Below are positions 49,524 through 56,969 of a stretch of 64,000 nucleotides of DNA, piece by piece. Position 1 is the first letter of the stretch; every line of letters begins with the position of its first letter. The stretch comes from Candidatus Woesebacteria bacterium. Its GTDB lineage: Bacteria; Patescibacteriota; Microgenomatia; UBA8517. The stretch spans positions 547,650-611,649 of the forward strand of contig CP066693.1 of NCBI GenBank assembly GCA_016432525.1, given 5' to 3'. The position numbers and the translations under genes were made by a program. Below the pieces are notes generated by a model. That model saw only the letters and a program-made list of their open reading frames with translations, was not told where the DNA came from and did no database searches.

Positions 49524-49826
49524 GTTTTAGGCGCAGGGATTGGATGGAAGGGGGTATAACAAGGATAGGACTTACGCAGTTGGAGGGGTTCTTGGCGCTA
49601 CGAGCCGATTCCGCAGAAATGCCCAAACCGGCGTTTTGCTGCACAGGAAGCCTAACTTGGGGTTCAACTGCGTAACTCCTACCCCTACAGAGTCACTTAG
49701 GGAGAGCTAGAATGGGCAGCAAACTCAAGAAAAAAGCTCTGGCTTATAGTCTGAGCAAAGGGGGTGACGACACTATTGGGGCTATGGGGTGGAACACAGG
49801 GGTGATCGTTAACCCTTTCGATGATT

Positions 49827-50639
49827 TTATGTCGAATCCCGAAGTATGTCGATCACCGTAGTGATCAATCGGTCGTTTTGAAGTGCAAAAGTATGAACGG
49901 ACTGCCTATTGGTGTCGATTCCTTGGATTATGATATGAGGTTGTGTTGCACACAGAACTCTGCCTTCATCTAGACCAACTATCTCATCGCCCTCTGTAAC
50001 TATGTTTATAATTCGCTGTACTGGGGAATTCCCCTCAGCGCAGCCTTCGATAATCCTCATCAAACCATTCGTCCGAAGTTCTTGGAACACTAGCGGAGGC
50101 TGCTGCGAACCAAGAAACGGTCTATTCTTTTCAAGAAAATTTGCCTTGTAGGCTTCCCAGTATTTGTCTGAGCCTCGCAATGGTGAGTTTATGATGGTTA
50201 TAGACCGCACCCGCTTCACAGTATCTGATTTTGCGCGAGATCGAGTGATAGCCCAATATAATGCGATAGTTCCCATTAATGAATGGCATACCATATCTAC
50301 AACAGACCGTCTATAAAACTTAAGAAAATCATCAAACTGATATGCAAAATCAGAAATTGACTGAATAACCGTATCCTTTTTGGAATAAGAGAATCCTGGA
50401 TCACGGTATCCTAACCACTGTATAGATACATACGTATCTTTTACTTTGATCTGCTGATGAATGGCCTGAGCTAAAAGATCGAATGATTTTCTGCCTTCGT
50501 ACCAGTTTTGCAGGGAACCTGGCCCCAAAAGAATGAGCCGATCCTGCTGTGAATGCACCTCAGCTTCATTTTTGTTACGAGCAGAGATGCTTACAGCCCG
50601 CATGAACTTTCCAATTTTCTCTTCTTCACTGTCCGGCAT
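49827..50639 (-). CDS. Hypothetical protein (270 aa), weak alpha/beta-hydrolase-like features
   Basis: G+C-rich ORF with good coding look; CHSLMG resembles but does not match a GxSxG nucleophile elbow; no firm family assignment. Confidence 0.3.
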   Translation of the reverse strand: MPDSEEEKIGKFMRAVSISARNKNEAEVHSQQDRLILLGPGSLQNWYEGRKSFDLLAQAIHQQIKVKDTYVSIQWLGYRDPGFSYSKKDTVIQSISDFAYQFDDFLKFYRRSVVDMVCHSLMGTIALYWAITRSRAKSDTVKRVRSITIINSPLRGSDKYWEAYKANFLEKNRPFLGSQQPPLVFQELRTNGLMRIIEGCAEGNSPVQRIINIVTEGDEIVGLDEGRVLCATQPHIIIQGIDTNRQSVHTFALQNDRLITTVIDILRDST

Positions 50640-50674
50640 AAAGATCCTGCTAAAGTAGCGATGAAATAAATAAA

Positions 50675-50704
50675 GGCTTGCTCATCTTATCCGTTGAGCA
50701 AGTC
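50675..50704 (-). terminator. Candidate intrinsic terminator for the minus-strand 183-aa gene
   Basis: GGCTTGCTCA - 10-nt loop - TGAGCAAGTC hairpin immediately downstream (minus-strand sense) of the stop at 50763, followed by a T-rich run on the minus strand. Confidence 0.35.
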
Positions 50705-50762
50705 TTATAGAATACACTATATGTAGTTAGTGGTCGAATTATATGGAAGTCAAACTGCCGCT

Positions 50763-51314
50763 TCAATCAATATGTTCAATTCGCCCAGAAGAAAATACCC
50801 TTATGTCGTGTGACTCAACAGTTCCACGCAAGACAGTGCCATTATCTGCTATTGGCGGAGAAAAACAAGCCCATTGCGCATTGAGATCAATTTGAATCTT
50901 AGAAATCAGAGAATGATATGGTTTGCACTGACGGTCAAACTTCGCGTGTCGAACATCCAACTTGAAATGCGGCGCTCTGCTGAAAAGGTCGCGTGTAACT
51001 GTCAAAATAACCGTGTCATCCTTGGTATGGAGCAGACTGTCTTCGACGAGAGAGATTTCATAAACAGCAACTTCTTGATCTGAATCAGGATCATCGCTCT
51101 TCTGTTGGACTTCGACAGGATTTCCAAAAACATGAGCAAGTTCACTTATCCAATCAACGTTGCTGTCCGTATAATTGATTTCCCGAAGATCGGCTGCTAC
51201 GGACACTTTTCGATTTCGTTCAAAAGAATGATGAGGTTGCGTGCTCTCTGAGCGATTAATAATCGAGGCAACAAATCCTCTCAATCGACTCTTTTCTCTT
51301 TCTTTAGAAGCCAT
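50763..51314 (-). CDS. Hypothetical protein (183 aa)
   Basis: G+C-rich ORF, acidic central region, no recognisable motif. Confidence 0.35.
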   Translation of the reverse strand: MASKEREKSRLRGFVASIINRSESTQPHHSFERNRKVSVAADLREINYTDSNVDWISELAHVFGNPVEVQQKSDDPDSDQEVAVYEISLVEDSLLHTKDDTVILTVTRDLFSRAPHFKLDVRHAKFDRQCKPYHSLISKIQIDLNAQWACFSPPIADNGTVLRGTVESHDIRVFSSGRIEHID

Positions 51315-51463
51315 GATTGCTCCCTACATGTGAAGGATGATGAGTATTCCGATCGCCCGACGCGCGAATCGGCAATAGCTCATCCTCCAATAAGATGACA
51401 CAATAAGATAACATATAATGACATTATCATGTTTTTGTGCTATTATGTCAACCCGTTAAAGTG

Positions 51464-51483
51464 TTAACATGCTGTCATGTTAA
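51464..51483. promoter_or_regulatory. Perfect palindrome TTAACATG-N4-CATGTTAA (candidate operator) in divergent promoter region
   Basis: 8-bp inverted arms with a 4-bp spacer overlapping the first ATG of the wHTH ORF; related half-sites (GTTAACA, ACATTATCATG) occur 30-70 bp upstream. Confidence 0.35.
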
Positions 51484-51737
51484 GATTCAGGGGGAATGGT
51501 CTGATCATGAACGAGGGCCTCTCAATTTATGCTAATAAGATCTTGGATTTACTGCGCCAGCGGGGCGAATGGATGAAAAGGAGTGAAATTGCAAAAGGGT
51601 TAGGCCGCAAACGCTTGACTGGCAGCCACCTTACTGCACTGGCAATACTTGAGGAGCGCAAACTCATCGAGGTTGAAAAGCGGCCAGACAATCGCCCAAT
51701 CGGACTTATATTCTTTTACAGAGCAATCAACGATTGA
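51477..51737 (+). CDS. Small winged-helix DNA-binding protein (putative transcriptional regulator)
   Basis: ILDLLRQRGEWMKRSEIAKGLGRKRLTGSHLTALAILEERKLIEV is a wHTH-like pattern; the true start is possibly the Met at 51507 (MNEGLSIY). Confidence 0.4.
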   Translation: MLRFRGNGLIMNEGLSIYANKILDLLRQRGEWMKRSEIAKGLGRKRLTGSHLTALAILEERKLIEVEKRPDNRPIGLIFFYRAIND

Positions 51738-52012
51738 GTTTCTGCTTCCTGGGTTTGGGTCGTCTTGGGCCGTCCCTCACAACACGGACACTCGAAGCGC
51801 TTGGGGCGATAGCGGATCACAACTTCCCAGCCAAAACTGGGCAGATGTCTCACCTGTACCCACTCACTGTACCCGGCAAAGCGCCGTATCTCCCGTCCAC
51901 AACGTTTACAGTGTGTGCTTTCCACACTGATGCTCAGTTGCTTGGCTCCCTGTACCTCGACCTTCACCACCTCTACATCAGGTAGATCCAATGGAATGGT
52001 GAGTTCGGCCAC
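51716..52012 (-). pseudogene. ISL3-family transposase, N-terminal zinc-finger fragment only (truncated)
   Basis: LDLPDVEVVKVEVQGAKQLSISVESTHCKRCGREIRRFAGYSEWVQVRHLPSFGWEVVIRYRPKRFECPCCEGRP matches the ISL3 N-terminus (C-x2-C ... RFxC-x2-C zf-ISL3). Stops after 98 aa, so no catalytic DDE region. Confidence 0.6.
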
Positions 52013-52155
52013 CCTACTCTCTCACTTCGTTTGCTCCCTACCCCTGCCTAATACTACTCCCACAGGTACGCCCGACTCCAGAATCTCCCAATGAACCGAA
52101 TTTCCTCGGTCATTTGCCGAACATCTTCTGCATCTAACCTGTTTTTCGCTATGAT

Positions 52156-52299
52156 TGTCAGTTTTAACGAAAAATGAAAGGATTTTTTACAACAAAATTG
52201 AAATCATAAATTAAACTTATCCCTTATTATTGGGATAAATAGTAAATAGACATTTCATTTTTCACATAAATTCTGTTACAAATTTCGTTAAAACTGACA
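52156..52299. repeat. Perfect 17-bp inverted repeat pair (TGTCAGTTTTAACGAAA / TTTCGTTAAAACTGACA) flanking a 110-bp A+T-rich spacer; MITE-like
   Basis: Copy 1 at 52156-52172, reverse-complement copy 2 at 52283-52299; the second arm overlaps the 3' end of the toxin ORF. Confidence 0.5.
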
Positions 52300-52633
52300 G
52301 CTTGTGATCATTTCTGGATTTTTTTACTATATGTAAATAGTGGATTGTACGATAATTGGTGATGAAGAAGATTCTGATCCAGTGTTTTCGTTTGGGGAGT
52401 CTTAGTTCCCGCAGTTTACCATCAATCTGTCCTGTATGTAGACTGCCCAGTAAATTTCCCTCTTGCTTGTGTCGTCTGATAAGTTGTTCTACAGCGCTTC
52501 GCTCTAAATTTGGCAACCTCTCGATATATTCTTGAACTGGTGACCGGCCTTGTTTCGTTTTGTAGAACTCGACTGCAAATCGCGGTTTCTCCAACCTGGC
52601 CTCCTTCTCGTTACGCACCGGATAGTGAGCCAA
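52262..52633 (-). CDS. Type II toxin, RelE/ParE superfamily, Gp49/HigB-like (DUF891-type)
   Basis: VEFYKTKQGRSPVQEYIERL...GKLRELRL...RIFF...IHYLHIVKKSRNDH follows the Gp49-like toxin consensus (xEFy...G..pv..f...l.....LRelR....RifY......i.LLH.F.KKt.k.p). No adjacent HTH antitoxin ORF is evident. Confidence 0.55.
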   Translation of the reverse strand: MAHYPVRNEKEARLEKPRFAVEFYKTKQGRSPVQEYIERLPNLERSAVEQLIRRHKQEGNLLGSLHTGQIDGKLRELRLPKRKHWIRIFFITNYRTIHYLHIVKKSRNDHKLSVLTKFVTEFM

Positions 52634-52703
52634 CAGGCAGTCCTAATTTTCAATTTTTGAAATCAAAAAAGGACTCGAATCCTTTTTAACTACCGATCAC
52701 AGA

Positions 52704-53093
52704 ATGAAAATAATAAAACATAAATCAGGATGTATAATAATCGATGATACTTACAACAATAATCCTCAGGCAGCACTTAAAGCTTTAAAGACATTGGAAT
52801 CAGTGTCTAGTGGTAAAAAAATTGGAATAGTTTTTGGTGACATGCTTGAATTAGGCAAAAATGAGGCTAAATTTCACAAGAAAATAGCTCGAAAAATACA
52901 AAAATTAAAACCAAAATTTATAGTTTTAGTAGGTAACGCAACAAAAGGTTTGATCAAAGAATCTTTCTGGTTTGAAAAAAACCAAACTAAAGAAATAGTA
53001 ATGACTCTCAAAAAACTAATAAAAAAAGACTTCGTGGTTCTTTTTAAAGGTTCTCGATCAATCGGTCTGGATGATATAATATCTAAGTTATGA
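52704..53093 (+). pseudogene. murF: murF remnant: C-terminal domain only of UDP-MurNAc-tripeptide--D-Ala-D-Ala ligase
   Basis: IIDDTYNNNPQAALKALKTLESV...KIGIVFGDMLELGKNEAKFHKKIA...KGSRSIGLDDII is the Mur ligase C-terminal domain. The reading frame is closed upstream, so only about 129 of the expected 430-460 aa are present. Confidence 0.6.
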
Positions 53094-54142
53094 ATGTCCC
53101 AAACATTCTCCCTTTGGTTTTAGGGTTAATTCTGTTCTCGTTCTTTGTTTCGAGCCTTCTAGTTGTTCCATTTATTAACCTTCTTTACAAAATCAAGCTT
53201 ACCCGTCGTCGAGAAGCAATGGGTAAGAAAAAAACTCTTTTTGAAAAACTTCATGATATCAAATCAGGTACACCAATTGGAGGTGGGGTTTTGATAATTG
53301 TCATAGTTGTTACCCTTTTTGCAGTCCTTTTTCCAATCCTTTTAAATTTTGGAGTTTTTATTCATTCATCTTTTAATCTCTTTAAAGAACTTCTAGTCAT
53401 ATTTTTTACATTCATTTCGTTTGGTCTTTTAGGACTTCTCGATGACTTTGTAAAAACATTTGGAAAACCCAAAACAGGAAACGTAGGTGCTGTTTTTGGT
53501 CTAACTAAAAAACAAAAATTTTCAATTCAATGGGTTCTTGCCTTAATTACAGCCTTTATCCTTTATCAATTTTTGGGAATCCATATCCTTCATCTTCCAC
53601 TTCTCAACTCAGTTATAGATCTCGGAATTTTTTATGTTCCTTTTGCAGCAACAGTCATAGTCTTCTTTGCAAATGCCTTTAATTTCACAGACGGGCTTGA
53701 TGGCTTAGCATCTGGCCTACTTGTAATTTATTTAATTAGCTATATCTTTATAAGTGCAGGTAACCTTGATACAACTCTTTTTATGTTCATTTCAATTTGG
53801 CTCGGCGCAATAATTGCCTTCCTTTACTTTAATGTTTATCCTGCTCGTGTTTTTCTGGGGGATGCAGGAGCTCTTTCTTTTGGTTCAACCATAGCACTCA
53901 TTGGTTTATTAACAGGAAATGTCGCAACTCTTTTTGTGATTGGTGGGATTTTTGTAATTGAAGCAGCCTCAAGTGCAATTCAAATCATCTCAATCAAATT
54001 CTTCAACAAAAGGGTTTTTCCTCTTGCTCCAATTCATCACAGCTTCTTGGCAATTGGCTGGGAAGAACCAAAAATTGTGATGAGAGCCTGGATTGCAGGT
54101 ATAATTTTGGCAATTTTTGGGCTTTGGCTTGCCGCAATTTAA
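53090..54142 (+). CDS. mraY: Phospho-N-acetylmuramoyl-pentapeptide transferase MraY
   Basis: About 10 TM helices; NAFNFTDGLDGLASG and VFLGDAGALSFGSTIA motifs. Confidence 0.85.
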   Translation: MNVPNILPLVLGLILFSFFVSSLLVVPFINLLYKIKLTRRREAMGKKKTLFEKLHDIKSGTPIGGGVLIIVIVVTLFAVLFPILLNFGVFIHSSFNLFKELLVIFFTFISFGLLGLLDDFVKTFGKPKTGNVGAVFGLTKKQKFSIQWVLALITAFILYQFLGIHILHLPLLNSVIDLGIFYVPFAATVIVFFANAFNFTDGLDGLASGLLVIYLISYIFISAGNLDTTLFMFISIWLGAIIAFLYFNVYPARVFLGDAGALSFGSTIALIGLLTGNVATLFVIGGIFVIEAASSAIQIISIKFFNKRVFPLAPIHHSFLAIGWEEPKIVMRAWIAGIILAIFGLWLAAI

Positions 54143-55214
54143 AATGCAAAAAAAACCAGTTGATCGCCTTCTTTTAATTCTCACATTTCTCCTTACACTA
54201 ATAGGTATAATTTTTGTAGCCGATGTTTCAGCTCCACAAGCAAAAGCTTTCTTTTCCGACAGCTACTTTTTTGTAAAACAACAATTGATTTGGGGAGTTT
54301 TAGGAATAATTGCGCTAATAGTTGCAAGTAAAATTCACTATATTTTTTGGAAAAAAATTTCATACTATTTATTTTTCGCAAATATCTTTTTACTAATCTT
54401 GGTTTTGATTCCGCATTTTGGTAATAAGCTTCTTGGAGCTAGGCGGTGGATTAGTTTTGGGCCTATTACAATTCAACCATCAGAGTTGGTAAAACTAACT
54501 CTTGCTCTTTACATTGCAAATCTTGCTGATAGGAAAAAAGAAGTTCTTTATTATTTAATTCCAGTCGCACTCGTTGCAGGGCTCATTATGCTTGAGCCAG
54601 ATCTAGGAACAACAATTATTGTTGTTGCAATTGGTCTAACTCAAATATTTCTTGCAGGTATTCCTCTTGTTTATTTAGCATCAATTTTAGGTACAGGGGG
54701 AATTGTCGGATTCATATTAATAGTTTTTTCAAATTATAGAAAAACAAGATTTATGCATTTCTTAAGCGGTCTGAAAGATCCATTGGATAGCTCCTATCAT
54801 GTAAAACAAATTCTTTTCGCTTTAGGATCAGGTGGTCTTTTCGGAGTAGGTATTGGCCAATCAAAACAAAAATATCTTTTTTTGCCTGAGGCGGCAACAG
54901 ATTCTGTTTTTGCAATAATTGCAGAAGAAATAGGATTTTTTGGAAGTCTTGCAATTATTATTCTTTTACTTTTGATAGTTTTAAGAATTTTTAAGATTGC
55001 CAAAAGCGCACCTGACACTTTTTCCAACATCTTGGTTAGTGGAATAGGTATCTGGCTTGGAATTCAAATCCTAATCAATCTTGGCTCAATTGTAGCCCTT
55101 ATTCCCTTAACTGGCGTACCACTACCGTTCTTTTCATATGGAGGCTCAAGCTTGACAATGTTGCTTTTAGGTATTGGAATAGTATTAAACATAAGTAAAT
55201 ATGCAAAAAAATAA
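54117..55214 (+). CDS. ftsW: SEDS-family peptidoglycan glycosyltransferase FtsW
   Basis: RWISFGPITIQPSELVKLTLALYIAN and the C-terminal PLTGVPLPFFSYGGSS motifs of the FtsW/RodA family; position between mraY and murG. Confidence 0.8.
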   Translation: MGFGLPQFKMQKKPVDRLLLILTFLLTLIGIIFVADVSAPQAKAFFSDSYFFVKQQLIWGVLGIIALIVASKIHYIFWKKISYYLFFANIFLLILVLIPHFGNKLLGARRWISFGPITIQPSELVKLTLALYIANLADRKKEVLYYLIPVALVAGLIMLEPDLGTTIIVVAIGLTQIFLAGIPLVYLASILGTGGIVGFILIVFSNYRKTRFMHFLSGLKDPLDSSYHVKQILFALGSGGLFGVGIGQSKQKYLFLPEAATDSVFAIIAEEIGFFGSLAIIILLLLIVLRIFKIAKSAPDTFSNILVSGIGIWLGIQILINLGSIVALIPLTGVPLPFFSYGGSSLTMLLLGIGIVLNISKYAKK

Positions 55215-56283
55215 TATAGTTATAACAGGCGGGCATGCAGCAACAACGGCCCTGGCAACGATACAAAGCTTAAAAACCAAAGACCCAAATTTAGAAATTT
55301 ACTTTATAGGTGTAAAAAAAGCACTCGAAGGAAAAAATACTCAGACATTAGAATCGCAAATTTTTCCACAAATTGGAGTTTATTATCGTACAATTACCAT
55401 GGGCCGTCTTCAAGCCAAATTCACAAGATATACAATTCCCTCTCTTCTCAAAATCCCAATTGGTTTTTACAATTCTTTAAACTTGCTTCTAAAAATACGA
55501 CCAAAACTGATCCTTTCTTTTGGTGGCTTTGCATCAATTCCAGTCTGTTTTTGGGGATATTTGCTAAAAATTCCAATAATAATCCATGAACAAACCGTTT
55601 CTGTGGGTCTTGCCAACAAAATTTCCTCTATATTTGCAACAAAAATAGCCTTGGCAAGAGAAGAAAGTAAAGCCTTTTTCCCGATCTCAAAAACTATTTT
55701 AACCGGAAACCCAATTCTTGGATCAATTGTAAACATCAAGCCTAAAAACAAAATAGGTTCACCTCCAGTTATTTTCATAACATGTGGCTCTCGTGGCTCC
55801 CAGACAATAAATAATGCTTTATTTCCAATTCTGGAAAAGCTAGCTAAAAACTTTAAAATCATCCATCAAACAGGTGAGTTAGATTTCGAAAAGTTCAATA
55901 AATTGAATCTAAAAAATTACAAAGCCTACAAGATTATATCACCTTTCGAGATAGGTTCATTTTATAAAACGGCAGACATAATAATTTCCAGATCTGGAGC
56001 CAATACCATTGCAGAAATTATGCTTCTAAAGATTCCTTCGATTATTATCCCCATTCCATGGACAAGATATAATGAACAAACAAAAAACGCTTTATTTGCG
56101 AAAAAATATGCTCCTATAGAAATAATAAAACAAGATTTGCTAAGCCCAGATTTACTGTTTCAAAAAATATATTTTTTGAAAAACAATTGGAGCACTCTCA
56201 AGAAACAAAACAATAAAAGTTTTCAAAATGATACAAAAGCAGCAAAAAATCTGACCAATCTAGTATTTGAATACATAAAGTGA
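55201..56283 (+). CDS. murG: Lipid II synthase MurG (GT28)
   Basis: IVITGGHAATTALA N-terminal glycine-rich motif; C-terminal GANTIAEIMLLKIPSIIIP region; position in the dcw cluster. Confidence 0.8.
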   Translation: MQKNNIVITGGHAATTALATIQSLKTKDPNLEIYFIGVKKALEGKNTQTLESQIFPQIGVYYRTITMGRLQAKFTRYTIPSLLKIPIGFYNSLNLLLKIRPKLILSFGGFASIPVCFWGYLLKIPIIIHEQTVSVGLANKISSIFATKIALAREESKAFFPISKTILTGNPILGSIVNIKPKNKIGSPPVIFITCGSRGSQTINNALFPILEKLAKNFKIIHQTGELDFEKFNKLNLKNYKAYKIISPFEIGSFYKTADIIISRSGANTIAEIMLLKIPSIIIPIPWTRYNEQTKNALFAKKYAPIEIIKQDLLSPDLLFQKIYFLKNNWSTLKKQNNKSFQNDTKAAKNLTNLVFEYIK

Positions 56284-56969
56284 ACAAAAAAATAATTTAC
56301 TTCCTAGAATTTGGAATAATTGTTATAATCGTTACTATTTTTTTGAAGAAATTTTTAATAGTTAAAAAAATCAGATGTATAAGTGACATTAGCTGTAGTA
56401 TCACTCTTACCCAGAAACTTCAAAAAGCTCAAAATCTACCTCTTTTTACATCAAAATCAACGGTTTTAGATATTCTAAAAAAAGAAGTTACAGTTAAAAA
56501 CTATTCAATGAGAATAAAACCGCCCGATAGTTTAGAAGTTTATATTATAGAGAGAAAAGAAAGTGCAGGCTTTGCCGCAAATGGAAAGTTTGTTTACGTC
56601 GACGATGAAGATGTTGTTATAAAATTCTCAGACAAAAAAGATAATGTTCCGCAGATTAATATCTACGATGGTAAAAATTATAAATTTAGAATAGGTGACA
56701 AGCTCCCAGAAAATCTAGTATTCGCTAGTGCTTTATCTCGCGATCTCTCAAATTTGTATGCAATTAAAGAAATTACTTTAGGAAAAACTGACATTTCAGC
56801 CAATTTTCCAAACCTAAAAGTTTTCTTCCCCACAAAAGATGACGAAGACCTTTTAATTGGAAGGCTGAAATTCGTTCTTTCCTGGTTGAACAATAGTTTC
56901 TTACCTTCTAAAATGAAAACACTGGATCTAAGATTCAAAAATCCAGTCGTGAGAAGCGAAAATGGGTAA
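56280..56969 (+). CDS. ftsQ: Cell division protein FtsQ/DivIB-like (POTRA domain)
   Basis: N-terminal TM helix, then a POTRA-like region (VKNYSMRIKPPDSLEVYIIERKESAGFAANGKFVYVDDEDVVI); position before ftsA. Confidence 0.55.
   Translation: MNKKIIYFLEFGIIVIIVTIFLKKFLIVKKIRCISDISCSITLTQKLQKAQNLPLFTSKSTVLDILKKEVTVKNYSMRIKPPDSLEVYIIERKESAGFAANGKFVYVDDEDVVIKFSDKKDNVPQINIYDGKNYKFRIGDKLPENLVFASALSRDLSNLYAIKEITLGKTDISANFPNLKVFFPTKDDEDLLIGRLKFVLSWLNNSFLPSKMKTLDLRFKNPVVRSENG

Larger units (their letters stand above)
48230..52650. mobile_element. G+C-rich foreign island (about 4.4 kb) interrupting the dcw cluster; degraded mobile/integrative element or assembly chimera
   Basis: Abrupt shift to much higher G+C at about 48230, returning to A+T-rich at about 52640. 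Contents are unrelated to neighbours: receiver-domain regulator, Cys-rich protein, ISL3 transposase fragment, RelE/Gp49-like toxin. Flanked by ftsI and a truncated murF. Confidence 0.55.

Noticed and set aside
48742-49559. Alternative-frame ORFs 48742-49119 (-) and 49212-49559 (+) inside the G+C-rich island
   Set aside because: They overlap the well-supported REC-domain and Cys-rich ORFs in other frames. High G+C DNA generates long spurious ORFs, and no motifs were seen.
52655-52700. tRNA-like 3' end (GGACTCGAATCC...ACC) suggesting a tRNA attachment site at the island junction
   Set aside because: I could not assemble a cloverleaf. There is no matching acceptor 5' strand, D-arm or anticodon arm upstream. 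It is more simply an AAAAAAGGA/TCCTTTTT hairpin. Left as unproven.
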